DNA of 64,000 nucleotides, taken from contig CAXXFF010000001.1 in NCBI GenBank assembly GCA_963676835.2, positions 256,001 to 320,000 on the forward strand, read 5' to 3'. Positions within the stretch are counted from its first letter, which is position 1, and each line of letters opens with the position of its first letter. A program made the translations under genes and the position numbers. This stretch comes from Marispirochaeta sp. (lineage in GTDB: Bacteria > Spirochaetota > Spirochaetia > JC444 > Marispirochaetaceae). The notes beneath the pieces are model-generated. The model saw nothing but the letters and a program-made list of their open reading frames with translations, searched no databases and was not told where the DNA came from. Below, piece after piece: positions 20,010 through 28,603 of the stretch.

Positions 20010-21908
20010 ATGGAAAAATACGGGAAAATTCTGAAGAAAGCCTTAGATGCCGGGCGTCAGCGTGATTATCAGGGCGCCATTAAGCTTTTAAACCAGGTAA
20101 TCACAGAATCGGATGAATACCCCCAGGCCTATCTTTATATAGGCAGAAGCTACCATGCCCTCGGTGAATATCACCGGGCGGTTATCTATCTGCAGTTTTT
20201 CTGCCGAATGAACCCCGACTCCTCTGCGGCCAACTTTTTCCTCGGCCGCGCTTATCTTGCCGCCGGTATCCCGGCCAAAGCTCTTCCTCATCTGGAAAGA
20301 GCGGTGGAAACCGGCTCCAATTCCAAACCGCTCATTCTTCTTGGTCTTGCATGTCTGAAAGTAAAGGAATTCAGTTCTGCCGTAACATACCTCGGCCGGG
20401 CAGTAGAAATGGAACCAGAGAACCGCGGCGTGTACACTGCCTATCTTAATGCCCTGTATGTTCATGCACTGAGAAGATTTAATTCCGGAGATTTCGATCT
20501 GGCCGGGCAAATCCTTGCGTTCCTGTCAAACCTGGATCTCAACTCAGTGAGCATCCATCTTTATCTGGCAAAAATTCTCAGAGAACAGAACGATTTCACC
20601 GGAGCAGCCCTGCAGTACTCTAAAGCCGCAACTCTCGAGCCTGATGATGAACTTATTCAGCTGCAGCTTGCTGATTGTCTCAATTCTACAGGGAAAACAG
20701 CTGAAGCAGAAAAAATCCTTAATAATATTCGCTCAACCCTGCCTGGAGGAGAAGGTTTTTCCCTGGGAGAAGAAAATGTCGATCCCCTGCTCGCGGTGCG
20801 CAATTTTCAGGAAAGCAATTTTCGCAAAGCGGTTTTCCACGGCTGCCGCGCATTAAAACACCGGAGAGATGCGGACATGCACCTTCTTGTAGGAGAGTCC
20901 TACAGAAATATAGGCAGCCTGTCAAAAGCTGAAAATCATTTTAATCAGGTACTCAAAGGAAACCCCAACAGCAGTGAAGCCCAGATGGGGCTTGCCATGA
21001 CCGAATGGCAGAGGGGAAACTATGAAGGGGTTATCAGCCACCTCACTCCCCTCCTCAAAGATCAACGTTACAGCAACCTCTCACGATACTATATTGTTCT
21101 GAGTAAATGCCGGCTGGACTTTCCTGCGGAAGAAATGCTTGCGGCGGTTATTCAGGAAGTTCGGGATAATGGTCCGGATCAGTACCTGCTCACCGCTCTG
21201 GGAGATCAGTACGTTAGAAACAGCATGCCGGAGTTGGCGGTTAAATGGTATCAGAAATCACTGGTACTTAATCCCGAAAATACCCCGGCAAAAGAGGGTC
21301 TAAGCGTCTGTTACCGGAGCATGGGAGACACTGAGAACCTTATATCCCTGTTACGTGAGATTCTTGAAAAGGATAATACCAACATCCCCGTTATTGTACA
21401 GCTTGTAGATCTCCTGTACGAAGAAGAGTTCTACCATGAAGCTGCCGCAGAGGCGGAACGCCTGCTGGGACTGACAGAACTGAACACCCGACTGCAGCGC
21501 CTCCTTGCTATCTGTTATAGAAAAACCGGACGATATCGCGATGCAGCGGTAATTTACCGGGAACTGCTGAAAGAGGAGCCTGAAAGTGAAGTATTCCTCC
21601 GGTCCCTACTTTTCTGCCTTGATAAATGCAGAAGAAGAAAGCAGGCACTTGAATTGCTCGAAAAAGCCATGGAATATCTGAAAAAACCAAGTGCCTCTCT
21701 GCACCTTATCCATGGGGTATTTCTGCATAAAGAAAAAAATATAGAAAAAGCACTGGCAGCATTCCGCTCTGCAATGGACAGGGCGCCAAAAGACTGGAGA
21801 CCTTATTATAATATTGGCCGGGTTTATGAGGAAAAAGATATGAAGTCGTTTGCGGCAAAGTTTTTCAAGAAGGCGGAAGAACTTAAGATTTCAGAAAAAC
21901 GTGCTTGA
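20010..21908 (+). CDS. Tetratricopeptide repeat protein
   Basis: Multiple TPR-like repeats (AYLYIGRSYHALGEY, FFLGRAYL, YYNIGRVY). Likely start is MEKYGK at 20010; the track start overlaps purB. Confidence 0.9.
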   Translation: MEKYGKILKKALDAGRQRDYQGAIKLLNQVITESDEYPQAYLYIGRSYHALGEYHRAVIYLQFFCRMNPDSSAANFFLGRAYLAAGIPAKALPHLERAVETGSNSKPLILLGLACLKVKEFSSAVTYLGRAVEMEPENRGVYTAYLNALYVHALRRFNSGDFDLAGQILAFLSNLDLNSVSIHLYLAKILREQNDFTGAALQYSKAATLEPDDELIQLQLADCLNSTGKTAEAEKILNNIRSTLPGGEGFSLGEENVDPLLAVRNFQESNFRKAVFHGCRALKHRRDADMHLLVGESYRNIGSLSKAENHFNQVLKGNPNSSEAQMGLAMTEWQRGNYEGVISHLTPLLKDQRYSNLSRYYIVLSKCRLDFPAEEMLAAVIQEVRDNGPDQYLLTALGDQYVRNSMPELAVKWYQKSLVLNPENTPAKEGLSVCYRSMGDTENLISLLREILEKDNTNIPVIVQLVDLLYEEEFYHEAAAEAERLLGLTELNTRLQRLLAICYRKTGRYRDAAVIYRELLKEEPESEVFLRSLLFCLDKCRRRKQALELLEKAMEYLKKPSASLHLIHGVFLHKEKNIEKALAAFRSAMDRAPKDWRPYYNIGRVYEEKDMKSFAAKFFKKAEELKISEKRA

Positions 21909-21932
21909 TATTTTCATTTCGATACTTATACT
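21905..21932 (+). promoter_or_regulatory. sigma70 promoter of the 181 aa gene
   Basis: TTGATA-16-TATACT followed by SD AGGAGGAG. Confidence 0.55.
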
Positions 21933-21949
21933 AGACACAGGAGGAGTAT

Positions 21950-22495
21950 ATGGCCGTCAAAGCTCTTGATCTTTTTCAAGCCTATGCCGAAGGAAAACTG
22001 CCTACGGATGGCGGATTTATTATTTCATCATTTTTTGACAGGAACTCTGCTTATTCTATCTACGAAGTTGTTGCCTATAATGCAGTTAAGAATATCTATC
22101 TCGGTGGAGACGGACTAACGTTTCAGACCGACGGCTGTAAACTCTTTGTCCTGGCAGAACCACCAAATTATTCCGAAAAACATGTTGAACCCTACGTGAG
22201 GAAAATGAACTATCAGATCCCTCACCGTTTCAGTGAAGTTGAAATCCTTACTGCTAAAAATCAGACAAAAATAATGGTCAGCAAAGAACCGACCATGACT
22301 TATGGTTCTTTTACCATTCTCAAACCTACAGGAATCAACTTTGCTCTATGCGTTTTTAATACGCCGGATGTTAACAGTACTATGGAATTTTTCTTTACAG
22401 AAACTCTGAACAAAGAAGCAGGCATCCCTAAACTCGACGCGAAGAAAGCAGCTGCTCTTGTTGTTGAAGGTATTAAAAAGTTCTCTATTTTCTAA
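21950..22495 (+). CDS. Hypothetical cytoplasmic protein
   Basis: Strong SD, own promoter and terminator, globular composition; no recognised motif. Confidence 0.8.
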   Translation: MAVKALDLFQAYAEGKLPTDGGFIISSFFDRNSAYSIYEVVAYNAVKNIYLGGDGLTFQTDGCKLFVLAEPPNYSEKHVEPYVRKMNYQIPHRFSEVEILTAKNQTKIMVSKEPTMTYGSFTILKPTGINFALCVFNTPDVNSTMEFFFTETLNKEAGIPKLDAKKAAALVVEGIKKFSIF

Positions 22496-22551
22496 CATAT
22501 TCAGTTTACTGTAACTATTTTTCAATGAATGATAGTGCCTTTACGGGCAAT

Positions 22552-22589
22552 AAAAAACCGCCGGATTTACTGTTATCCCGGCGGTTTTT
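22552..22589. terminator. Bidirectional Rho-independent terminator
   Basis: AAAAAACCGCCGG...CCGGCGGTTTTT between convergent genes. Confidence 0.85.
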
Positions 22590-22612
22590 AATTTTTATAC
22601 CGATTACCTGTA

Positions 22613-25264
22613 CTATTTTGAAGCGCCTTCTTTTTCGAGCTCAAGCTGTGCTACAGCAAGCATTGCAATTGGAACGCTATAAACAGAACAGGATACATAA
22701 TCCAGACCGGAATCCATACAAAAGCTGATATTTTCGGGTATTGCACCATGCTCACCGCAGAGACCTTTTTTAAGCCCCGGCCGTGTCATAACGCCCCTGC
22801 GCACCGCTGCCTGAATAAGCTCTTTTACATTCTTGTCCAGCTCCTGAAACGGATTCCCGCTGAGAATATCAAACTGCGTGTAATCGGGCATAAAGGAGTT
22901 GAAGTCATCCCGGCTTAAGCCAAGGGTTGTCTGGGTCAGGTCGTTAGTACCAAAAGAGAAGAACTCGGCGTACCGTGCTATTTCCCCGGCACTCAAAGCA
23001 GCAGCGGGAAGTTCAATCATGGTGCCGATTTTGTAGCCGATCTCTTTACCGCCCTGTGCTTTTCTTACCTCATCGGCAATGGTATTCAGCCCTTCGTATG
23101 AATCACCTTCTATCTTTTTTCCGTAGACAATAAGTTTAAGTTCGTCTGCGTTCATAATCAGGGGAATCATAATTTCAGGCAGCACTGTAACCTTATCTTT
23201 TTGAAGAGCATATGCAGCCTCAAAAATAGCTTCCACCTGCATACGATAAATCTCAGGGTAAGAGACAGCAATACGGCAGCCCCGATGACCAAGCATCGGG
23301 TTGAACTCACGCATGCCTTCACAGAGAGATTTAACCTCTTTTTTTGTCACCTTGGCATACTTGGCCTGACTTTTAAGATAATCAATAAAGTGATCCATCT
23401 CTGCATCGTTATGAGGCAGAAATTCGTGAAGCGGAGCATCCAGCAGCCGAATGGTAACTTCCTTACCATCCATGGCACGAAAAATACCGGTAAAATCATC
23501 CACCTGCATTTTTTTCAGTTTTTTTAGCGCACTGCTTCTGCCGGCGGCACTATCTGAAATAATCAGTTCACGAAAAACATTTATCCTCTTTTCATCAAAG
23601 AACATATGTTCTGTACGACACAGTCCAATACCCTGGGCACCGAAACGTACGGCAAGCTCAGCATCTTTGGGATTATCTGCATTAACACGAACATGAAAAT
23701 CTTTTGTATACTTTTTTACAATATCAATATACTCAAGCAGCCCTGAACCTTCCGGTGAAGGTTCGATCAACTTTGCCTTTCCGATATAAACTGATGCATC
23801 TCCGTAATGAGGAACGTTAAGGGTCAGATAGTCGCCCTCCTTAATGGATACCCCATCGATAACAGCCTTGTTCCCGTTTATTTTCATCTCCGGCTTAACC
23901 AGAGAGACTTTTCCATACTGGCGGGCAACGACAGATGCATGAGCACTGTATCCTCCCTCACAGGAAAGAACACCGGTAGCAACTTCTATGGCTTTAACAT
24001 CTTCTGCAAATGTCGCAGGCATACACAGAATAAACTGCGTATCGATTCCATCCAGTTGAGCGCTCTTATACGCTTCAAGCAACCCTTCGGTGGTGAAATA
24101 TACCTTACCAATGGCAGCTCCCGGCGCACCGGATATTCCGCCGGTGAGCTCTTTGAAATCAGTGATCGATTTGAGATCTACCACGGGATGCAGTATTTCA
24201 TTCAGCTGTCCCGGTTTAATATTGCGGATAATGTATTCATCATCCACTACCTTGCGCCGATTAAGATCGAGCAGGGTCTGAATATCTGCCTGAGTAGATT
24301 TCGTCATTAATGGTCTCTGCTCAATGAGCCATACTTTTTTGTTTTCAATGGTAAACCTTATAAAACGTATTTCCTTAAAATGGTCTTCAACAGTTTTGGC
24401 AATTTTCTGCAGCTCTTTCAGAAAACCCGGTCCGATCTTGTTTATGTCTTTACCTTCAGTGTCAATGGTATCGAACTCATTCTGATTAAACCAACCTTGA
24501 AGCTGATCATTACCTGTAACAATATCCCGGGTATAAAAACTACCGGAAGAACTGTCTTTTCCATAGTTTCCGTAAACCATGGGCTGTACAAGAATTGCTG
24601 CGTCTTCATCGTCTAAATCATCAAGCTTAAGCATGAGGCTGATTCGCTTGAGGGCAATTTCAGTCTGCTCAAGACCGCTGGCAAAAAACTCTTCCGGAAG
24701 CAGAGTACGATGTTTCTGAAATGCCTTTTTTAAAGCATCAACACCGGCTTTACCTTTCAGCACTTCCTTAAGTTCTTTAATGGCATCTTCAAACTTCTTT
24801 TTATCCTTATCCCGTTCTTCCAGTTCCGCAATTTTTAACTCTATTTCAAGAAATCCGTGCAGCATAAAAAGAATTTCATGATATCCGAATTTTTCACCTA
24901 CATACTTACAAAATCCAGGAATAGTTTTCTCTGTAAGTCCAAAATTGTGGAGCGTCGGGTAATGAACTATGGCAAGGTTCGGGCTTATAACAAATTTCAA
25001 AAGAAGAGGGTTTTCCGGATCATCAAACTTCTTATTGACTACATCCTCAAACTTTTTGAGGTACTGCTTTGCCTCGCTTTTCAGGTCGACACTTTGAAGA
25101 TGCGCAGCTATTTCAGCATCAATGATAATGCCCGGAAGAATAGGCAGATCAAGGGAAGCAAACTCAAGGGCCTGTTTTCCCCGTAAACCGGCTTTATCCA
25201 TAACCTGCGAGTTTGCTGATCGTACTCCGGGTCCGAAATATTGAATATTTTTATTGGCAGCCAT
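22613..25264 (-). CDS. ppdK: Pyruvate phosphate dikinase-like PEP-utilising protein with degenerate nucleotide-binding domain
   Basis: QPMVYGN, PGAAIGKVYF, GGYSAHASVVAR (His442), GIGLCRTEHMF, IRLLDAPLHEFLP, NPMLGHRGCR, GTMIE, FSFGTNDLTQ, GLCGEHG. Confidence 0.88.
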   Translation of the reverse strand: MAANKNIQYFGPGVRSANSQVMDKAGLRGKQALEFASLDLPILPGIIIDAEIAAHLQSVDLKSEAKQYLKKFEDVVNKKFDDPENPLLLKFVISPNLAIVHYPTLHNFGLTEKTIPGFCKYVGEKFGYHEILFMLHGFLEIELKIAELEERDKDKKKFEDAIKELKEVLKGKAGVDALKKAFQKHRTLLPEEFFASGLEQTEIALKRISLMLKLDDLDDEDAAILVQPMVYGNYGKDSSSGSFYTRDIVTGNDQLQGWFNQNEFDTIDTEGKDINKIGPGFLKELQKIAKTVEDHFKEIRFIRFTIENKKVWLIEQRPLMTKSTQADIQTLLDLNRRKVVDDEYIIRNIKPGQLNEILHPVVDLKSITDFKELTGGISGAPGAAIGKVYFTTEGLLEAYKSAQLDGIDTQFILCMPATFAEDVKAIEVATGVLSCEGGYSAHASVVARQYGKVSLVKPEMKINGNKAVIDGVSIKEGDYLTLNVPHYGDASVYIGKAKLIEPSPEGSGLLEYIDIVKKYTKDFHVRVNADNPKDAELAVRFGAQGIGLCRTEHMFFDEKRINVFRELIISDSAAGRSSALKKLKKMQVDDFTGIFRAMDGKEVTIRLLDAPLHEFLPHNDAEMDHFIDYLKSQAKYAKVTKKEVKSLCEGMREFNPMLGHRGCRIAVSYPEIYRMQVEAIFEAAYALQKDKVTVLPEIMIPLIMNADELKLIVYGKKIEGDSYEGLNTIADEVRKAQGGKEIGYKIGTMIELPAAALSAGEIARYAEFFSFGTNDLTQTTLGLSRDDFNSFMPDYTQFDILSGNPFQELDKNVKELIQAAVRRGVMTRPGLKKGLCGEHGAIPENISFCMDSGLDYVSCSVYSVPIAMLAVAQLELEKEGASK

Positions 25265-25289
25265 TGTTACTTCCTTTCACTTATCATGT

Positions 25290-26300
25290 TTAGAACAGAT
25301 TCAATACGGTGTTGACCGGGAATCTTAGAAAATCTTCAAACCTCGGGCTTGCACCCTGCCGAAGATAACGCTGGAGTTTGGCAACATCCTTGATATCTTC
25401 TCCTGCCACAGCGAACACAATGGTACTGCCATGTTTAACTTTGCCCCATTTAAACAGGGCGTGGATATCGTGAATTCGCTCGCCTTCATAAAAAATAAAG
25501 ACATCAAGCCCCGGATGTTTTGCTTTATAACTCTGTATTATTCTTTTCCAGGCTTCAACATTTCCATTATGAAAAAGTTCATTGCTTACTGGAACAGAAT
25601 AGAGAGGGGTCATACGTTTTTTTGCACCCGAAGACTCTGCAGGAGCGGCTTCCTCTCTTACAGGTTCATTCTTTTTAACCGCGGGGCGCCCACGGCGGGG
25701 CTGGCGTGTTTTGCGTGCAGGAGTGCTTTTCTGTTCAGAAACCGCTTTTTTGGGTTTAGTCCATTTAAAAGTACCGTTCAGGAGTACAGCCGGGCTTTTG
25801 GCAGGTTTGTTATTCAGGAAATTGATGAGGGTTTCTGCTGCTTTGAGAGCAACTTTACCATCAACCCCCTTCTCAAGACCTCCGGCATATACAGTTACCA
25901 GTTCATTTTTGCGCAGGTTTCCGGCGGCTTCCCACTGTTCAATGGATTTAGGATTAATTACCTGTAAACCAAGTTCGGGATGAATGTAAGTTAATACCAG
26001 ATCAACCGCATTCCAGGTTTTAACTGCTTCGCAAAGTTCATCAAAGGAGTCCACCGTTTGAAGCATATTATTTGAGCTGCAGATATATTCATATTTGTCC
26101 ACAAGCAAAGCATAAATTATCGGACTAACCTGATTTTGAGAAATGGACCCGTCACTTATACCTTCGTTGAGGACATCCGCCAAATTGCGCTTAGACTGTA
26201 TTTCGGGGATAATATTGGCTACTGCCTGAAAATGACCGAGGGAGGAATTAAATCCGTCACGAGTATAAAAATGTTCAAAGGCGTGCTGTAATGTTCCCAT
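25290..26300 (-). CDS. cfpA-associated protein: N-terminal domain, basic AT-hook linker, C-terminal HPr-like domain
   Basis: SD AAGGA then ATG 26300; linker contains PRRGRP; C-terminal VPVSNELFH...GSTIVFAVAGED resembles HPr. Confidence 0.75.
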   Translation of the reverse strand: MGTLQHAFEHFYTRDGFNSSLGHFQAVANIIPEIQSKRNLADVLNEGISDGSISQNQVSPIIYALLVDKYEYICSSNNMLQTVDSFDELCEAVKTWNAVDLVLTYIHPELGLQVINPKSIEQWEAAGNLRKNELVTVYAGGLEKGVDGKVALKAAETLINFLNNKPAKSPAVLLNGTFKWTKPKKAVSEQKSTPARKTRQPRRGRPAVKKNEPVREEAAPAESSGAKKRMTPLYSVPVSNELFHNGNVEAWKRIIQSYKAKHPGLDVFIFYEGERIHDIHALFKWGKVKHGSTIVFAVAGEDIKDVAKLQRYLRQGASPRFEDFLRFPVNTVLNLF

Positions 26301-26325
26301 ATTGCTTCCTTTTTTAGAAATACCG

Positions 26326-26361
26326 AAAAAAAAGATACCCCCTCCAGAAAGAGGGGGTATC
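26326..26361 (-). terminator. Rho-independent terminator after cfpA
   Basis: Minus strand GATACCCCCTC-tttctg-GAGGGGGTATC-TTTTTTTT. Confidence 0.85.
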
Positions 26362-26375
26362 ACTGAAATACTAAC

Positions 26376-28436
26376 TTATATAGTTGTCAATCCGGAATCT
26401 TTAGATTTGGATTTCCTGGGGCGTCCTCTGCGTCCGGGTTTCTTTTTCGCCGGTGCATCTACAACACCTTTTGACTTTGCTCTGCCCTTTGCAGGAGCAG
26501 TTGTCTTAGGCTCGGAAACCGCAGCGGGCTCCGAGTCACTGTTGAGCATATCAAGATACGCCATACCAGCGCTCTGTTCGCCAGCAGGATCATCTTCTCC
26601 ACCAAGACCGGAAGCAAAGTGCATATCGATGTCTTCCCGTACAGTTGATCGACGTCTTGAGAAGGCTGCGAAAGCTGCGTCCTGGAATCCCTTGGAAACA
26701 CCATGGAGGAACTCGTTCAGAACGTTAGCCATACCATCGAGGGTTGCTTTTTTGCGCTTGATTGAGGTGATATCCACATCAAGAAGCAGACCGGGCTGAA
26801 TATGGTAGGGGTTGATCATGTAGTCGAACTTATTGAATTCCTTCTCCAGGAACTGGAGGCGGTCTTCCATAACGCGTCGCTGTACCGGATAACGGAAACC
26901 ATACATATCCTGAAGCTTGTTCTTCATCAGAATAAGGCGGTTTTTGATCTTGTCCTTCTCGAAGACATATGTTCTGTTCATCTTCTCTACCTGAGTCTCT
27001 GCAGGCTGAACAAAGGAGATCTCGTCCCAGCTCTTTTCGATATCTTCGTATACGGGATCGCCGGTTTTTGTCTTGATCTTCTTGCGGATCTTTGTTTTGT
27101 AGATTGCCGCAAGGTCATTGAAGTCAGATATCCGTTTCCAGAACTTGCTGTCTTCATAAACCATATCCAGAACATCCCAGATGTGCTGAACCTCAACCTC
27201 GAGGGATTTAACCATTACGTCATATGCCTTCCGCTCTTCGATGAGCTGGGCATTATCGTAATACTTCATGCGTATCTGGTACCGCTCATCGGGAAGATGC
27301 TGAGTATCAGTATCCTCATATTCGCGGAGAACCATTTCGCGGGTGTTCTTAAGGTTTTCGATATACTGATAACCCATTTTTGAGGTATCAAGTATTGAGG
27401 TAATAGAGTTAATGGCAGTGTTGTATCCGCGGTTACGGATATTTTCAATGTCGATAATCTCTTTCAGGTTTTCCCGGATATTGAGCTGATCAAAAGATTC
27501 AGGATCAATTTCCGCGCGAAGACCTTCGATTCTTTCCATCAGGCTCTTTGCGAAGTACCGGTACCTGTTTGACTTGGGATTTTCCTTGTCATCAGATGTG
27601 TGATTTTCAACCCTCTTCATCTTCTCAAAGATGATTTCGCTGTCGTTCAGCTCATCAAGACCCTCATCGATCCGCTGATCCTTCAGCAGTTCAATCTCCT
27701 TATCAATATTATCCATAATATGTTTGGAGATCAGGTCCTTGATCAGGTACTCAACGGTAACCTGATAGTGAAAGATGGGGCTGATAAGTTCTGAGTCGAG
27801 TATATTTACAGAGAGTTTAACATCGCATACTGTTTTTGGTTTGTGCAGGTTATCCTTAAAAGAACACTTTACAATTGAGTAAGCATTCTCTCCGCGAATA
27901 AACGCACCAACATCCGTTTTCTGCCGCAGCAGAGAGTTGGTGAGGTTTTCGAGATCGTTCACACCGCGCTGTATGTGTCCCTGAAGGTGCCCATACATAT
28001 TAACGATGGATTTCTCAATCTCACCGGTGTTGAACCGGTCTGTACCGCCTACTTCATCAAGAAGTGCGGCTATTTCTTTCGGGGTGTACCTGGTAAGTAC
28101 CTTCATCTCCTCGCGGTCAATGAAATTTCTTACCTTTTTAACCATTTCGTCTTCAGCAGTGACGATATAACGGTTGAACATGTTCTGGTAGTTCTGGTTG
28201 AAATAGTTATAGACTTTCTCTTTCAGCCCGCCCATTACGTCAAGGCGTTCGAGAACTTCCTTTGGCAGTTTTGCTTGAACATGGTTCATGACCTTGTCGA
28301 CTTCTTCTTCAAGAAGCCTGTCTACTTCAGCCTGCTGATCCCGGCTTTCCTGGGCGAGGGAGTTTCTTGAACCCACGGCACTTCGCTTTTCCGGGTGAAA
28401 AACCATCGGACTCTTTGGTAGATCTATGCTTCCCAT
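26376..28436 (-). CDS. cfpA: Cytoplasmic filament protein CfpA
   Basis: N-terminus [69 protein letters not shown]; 686 aa, coiled-coil rich; linked to a ppdK-like gene as recalled for Treponema. Confidence 0.93.
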   Translation of the reverse strand: MGSIDLPKSPMVFHPEKRSAVGSRNSLAQESRDQQAEVDRLLEEEVDKVMNHVQAKLPKEVLERLDVMGGLKEKVYNYFNQNYQNMFNRYIVTAEDEMVKKVRNFIDREEMKVLTRYTPKEIAALLDEVGGTDRFNTGEIEKSIVNMYGHLQGHIQRGVNDLENLTNSLLRQKTDVGAFIRGENAYSIVKCSFKDNLHKPKTVCDVKLSVNILDSELISPIFHYQVTVEYLIKDLISKHIMDNIDKEIELLKDQRIDEGLDELNDSEIIFEKMKRVENHTSDDKENPKSNRYRYFAKSLMERIEGLRAEIDPESFDQLNIRENLKEIIDIENIRNRGYNTAINSITSILDTSKMGYQYIENLKNTREMVLREYEDTDTQHLPDERYQIRMKYYDNAQLIEERKAYDVMVKSLEVEVQHIWDVLDMVYEDSKFWKRISDFNDLAAIYKTKIRKKIKTKTGDPVYEDIEKSWDEISFVQPAETQVEKMNRTYVFEKDKIKNRLILMKNKLQDMYGFRYPVQRRVMEDRLQFLEKEFNKFDYMINPYHIQPGLLLDVDITSIKRKKATLDGMANVLNEFLHGVSKGFQDAAFAAFSRRRSTVREDIDMHFASGLGGEDDPAGEQSAGMAYLDMLNSDSEPAAVSEPKTTAPAKGRAKSKGVVDAPAKKKPGRRGRPRKSKSKDSGLTTI

Positions 28437-28468
28437 GCTACTCTCCTTACATCATTGTTCCTTATAAG

Positions 28469-28523
28469 ATTATCAACATGGGAAGAAAAATGTAAAGCAT
28501 GTTTTTTTTTTTTTTTATTTTTT
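28469..28523 (-). promoter_or_regulatory. cfpA promoter with long A-tract (UP-element-like)
   Basis: Minus strand A6-T-A15, then TTTACA-16-GATAAT, then SD AAGGAG before the ATG. Confidence 0.55.
28502..28523. repeat. Homopolymer tract T15-A-T6
   Basis: Directly visible between divergent cfpA and vWA genes. Confidence 0.95.
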
Positions 28524-28603
28524 GCCCTTTGTATACCTTTCCCGCCATGGTACTATCTAAATAAGGACACAAAACAATCCCTGTTTAGAAGAAAAAGATA
28601 GAT

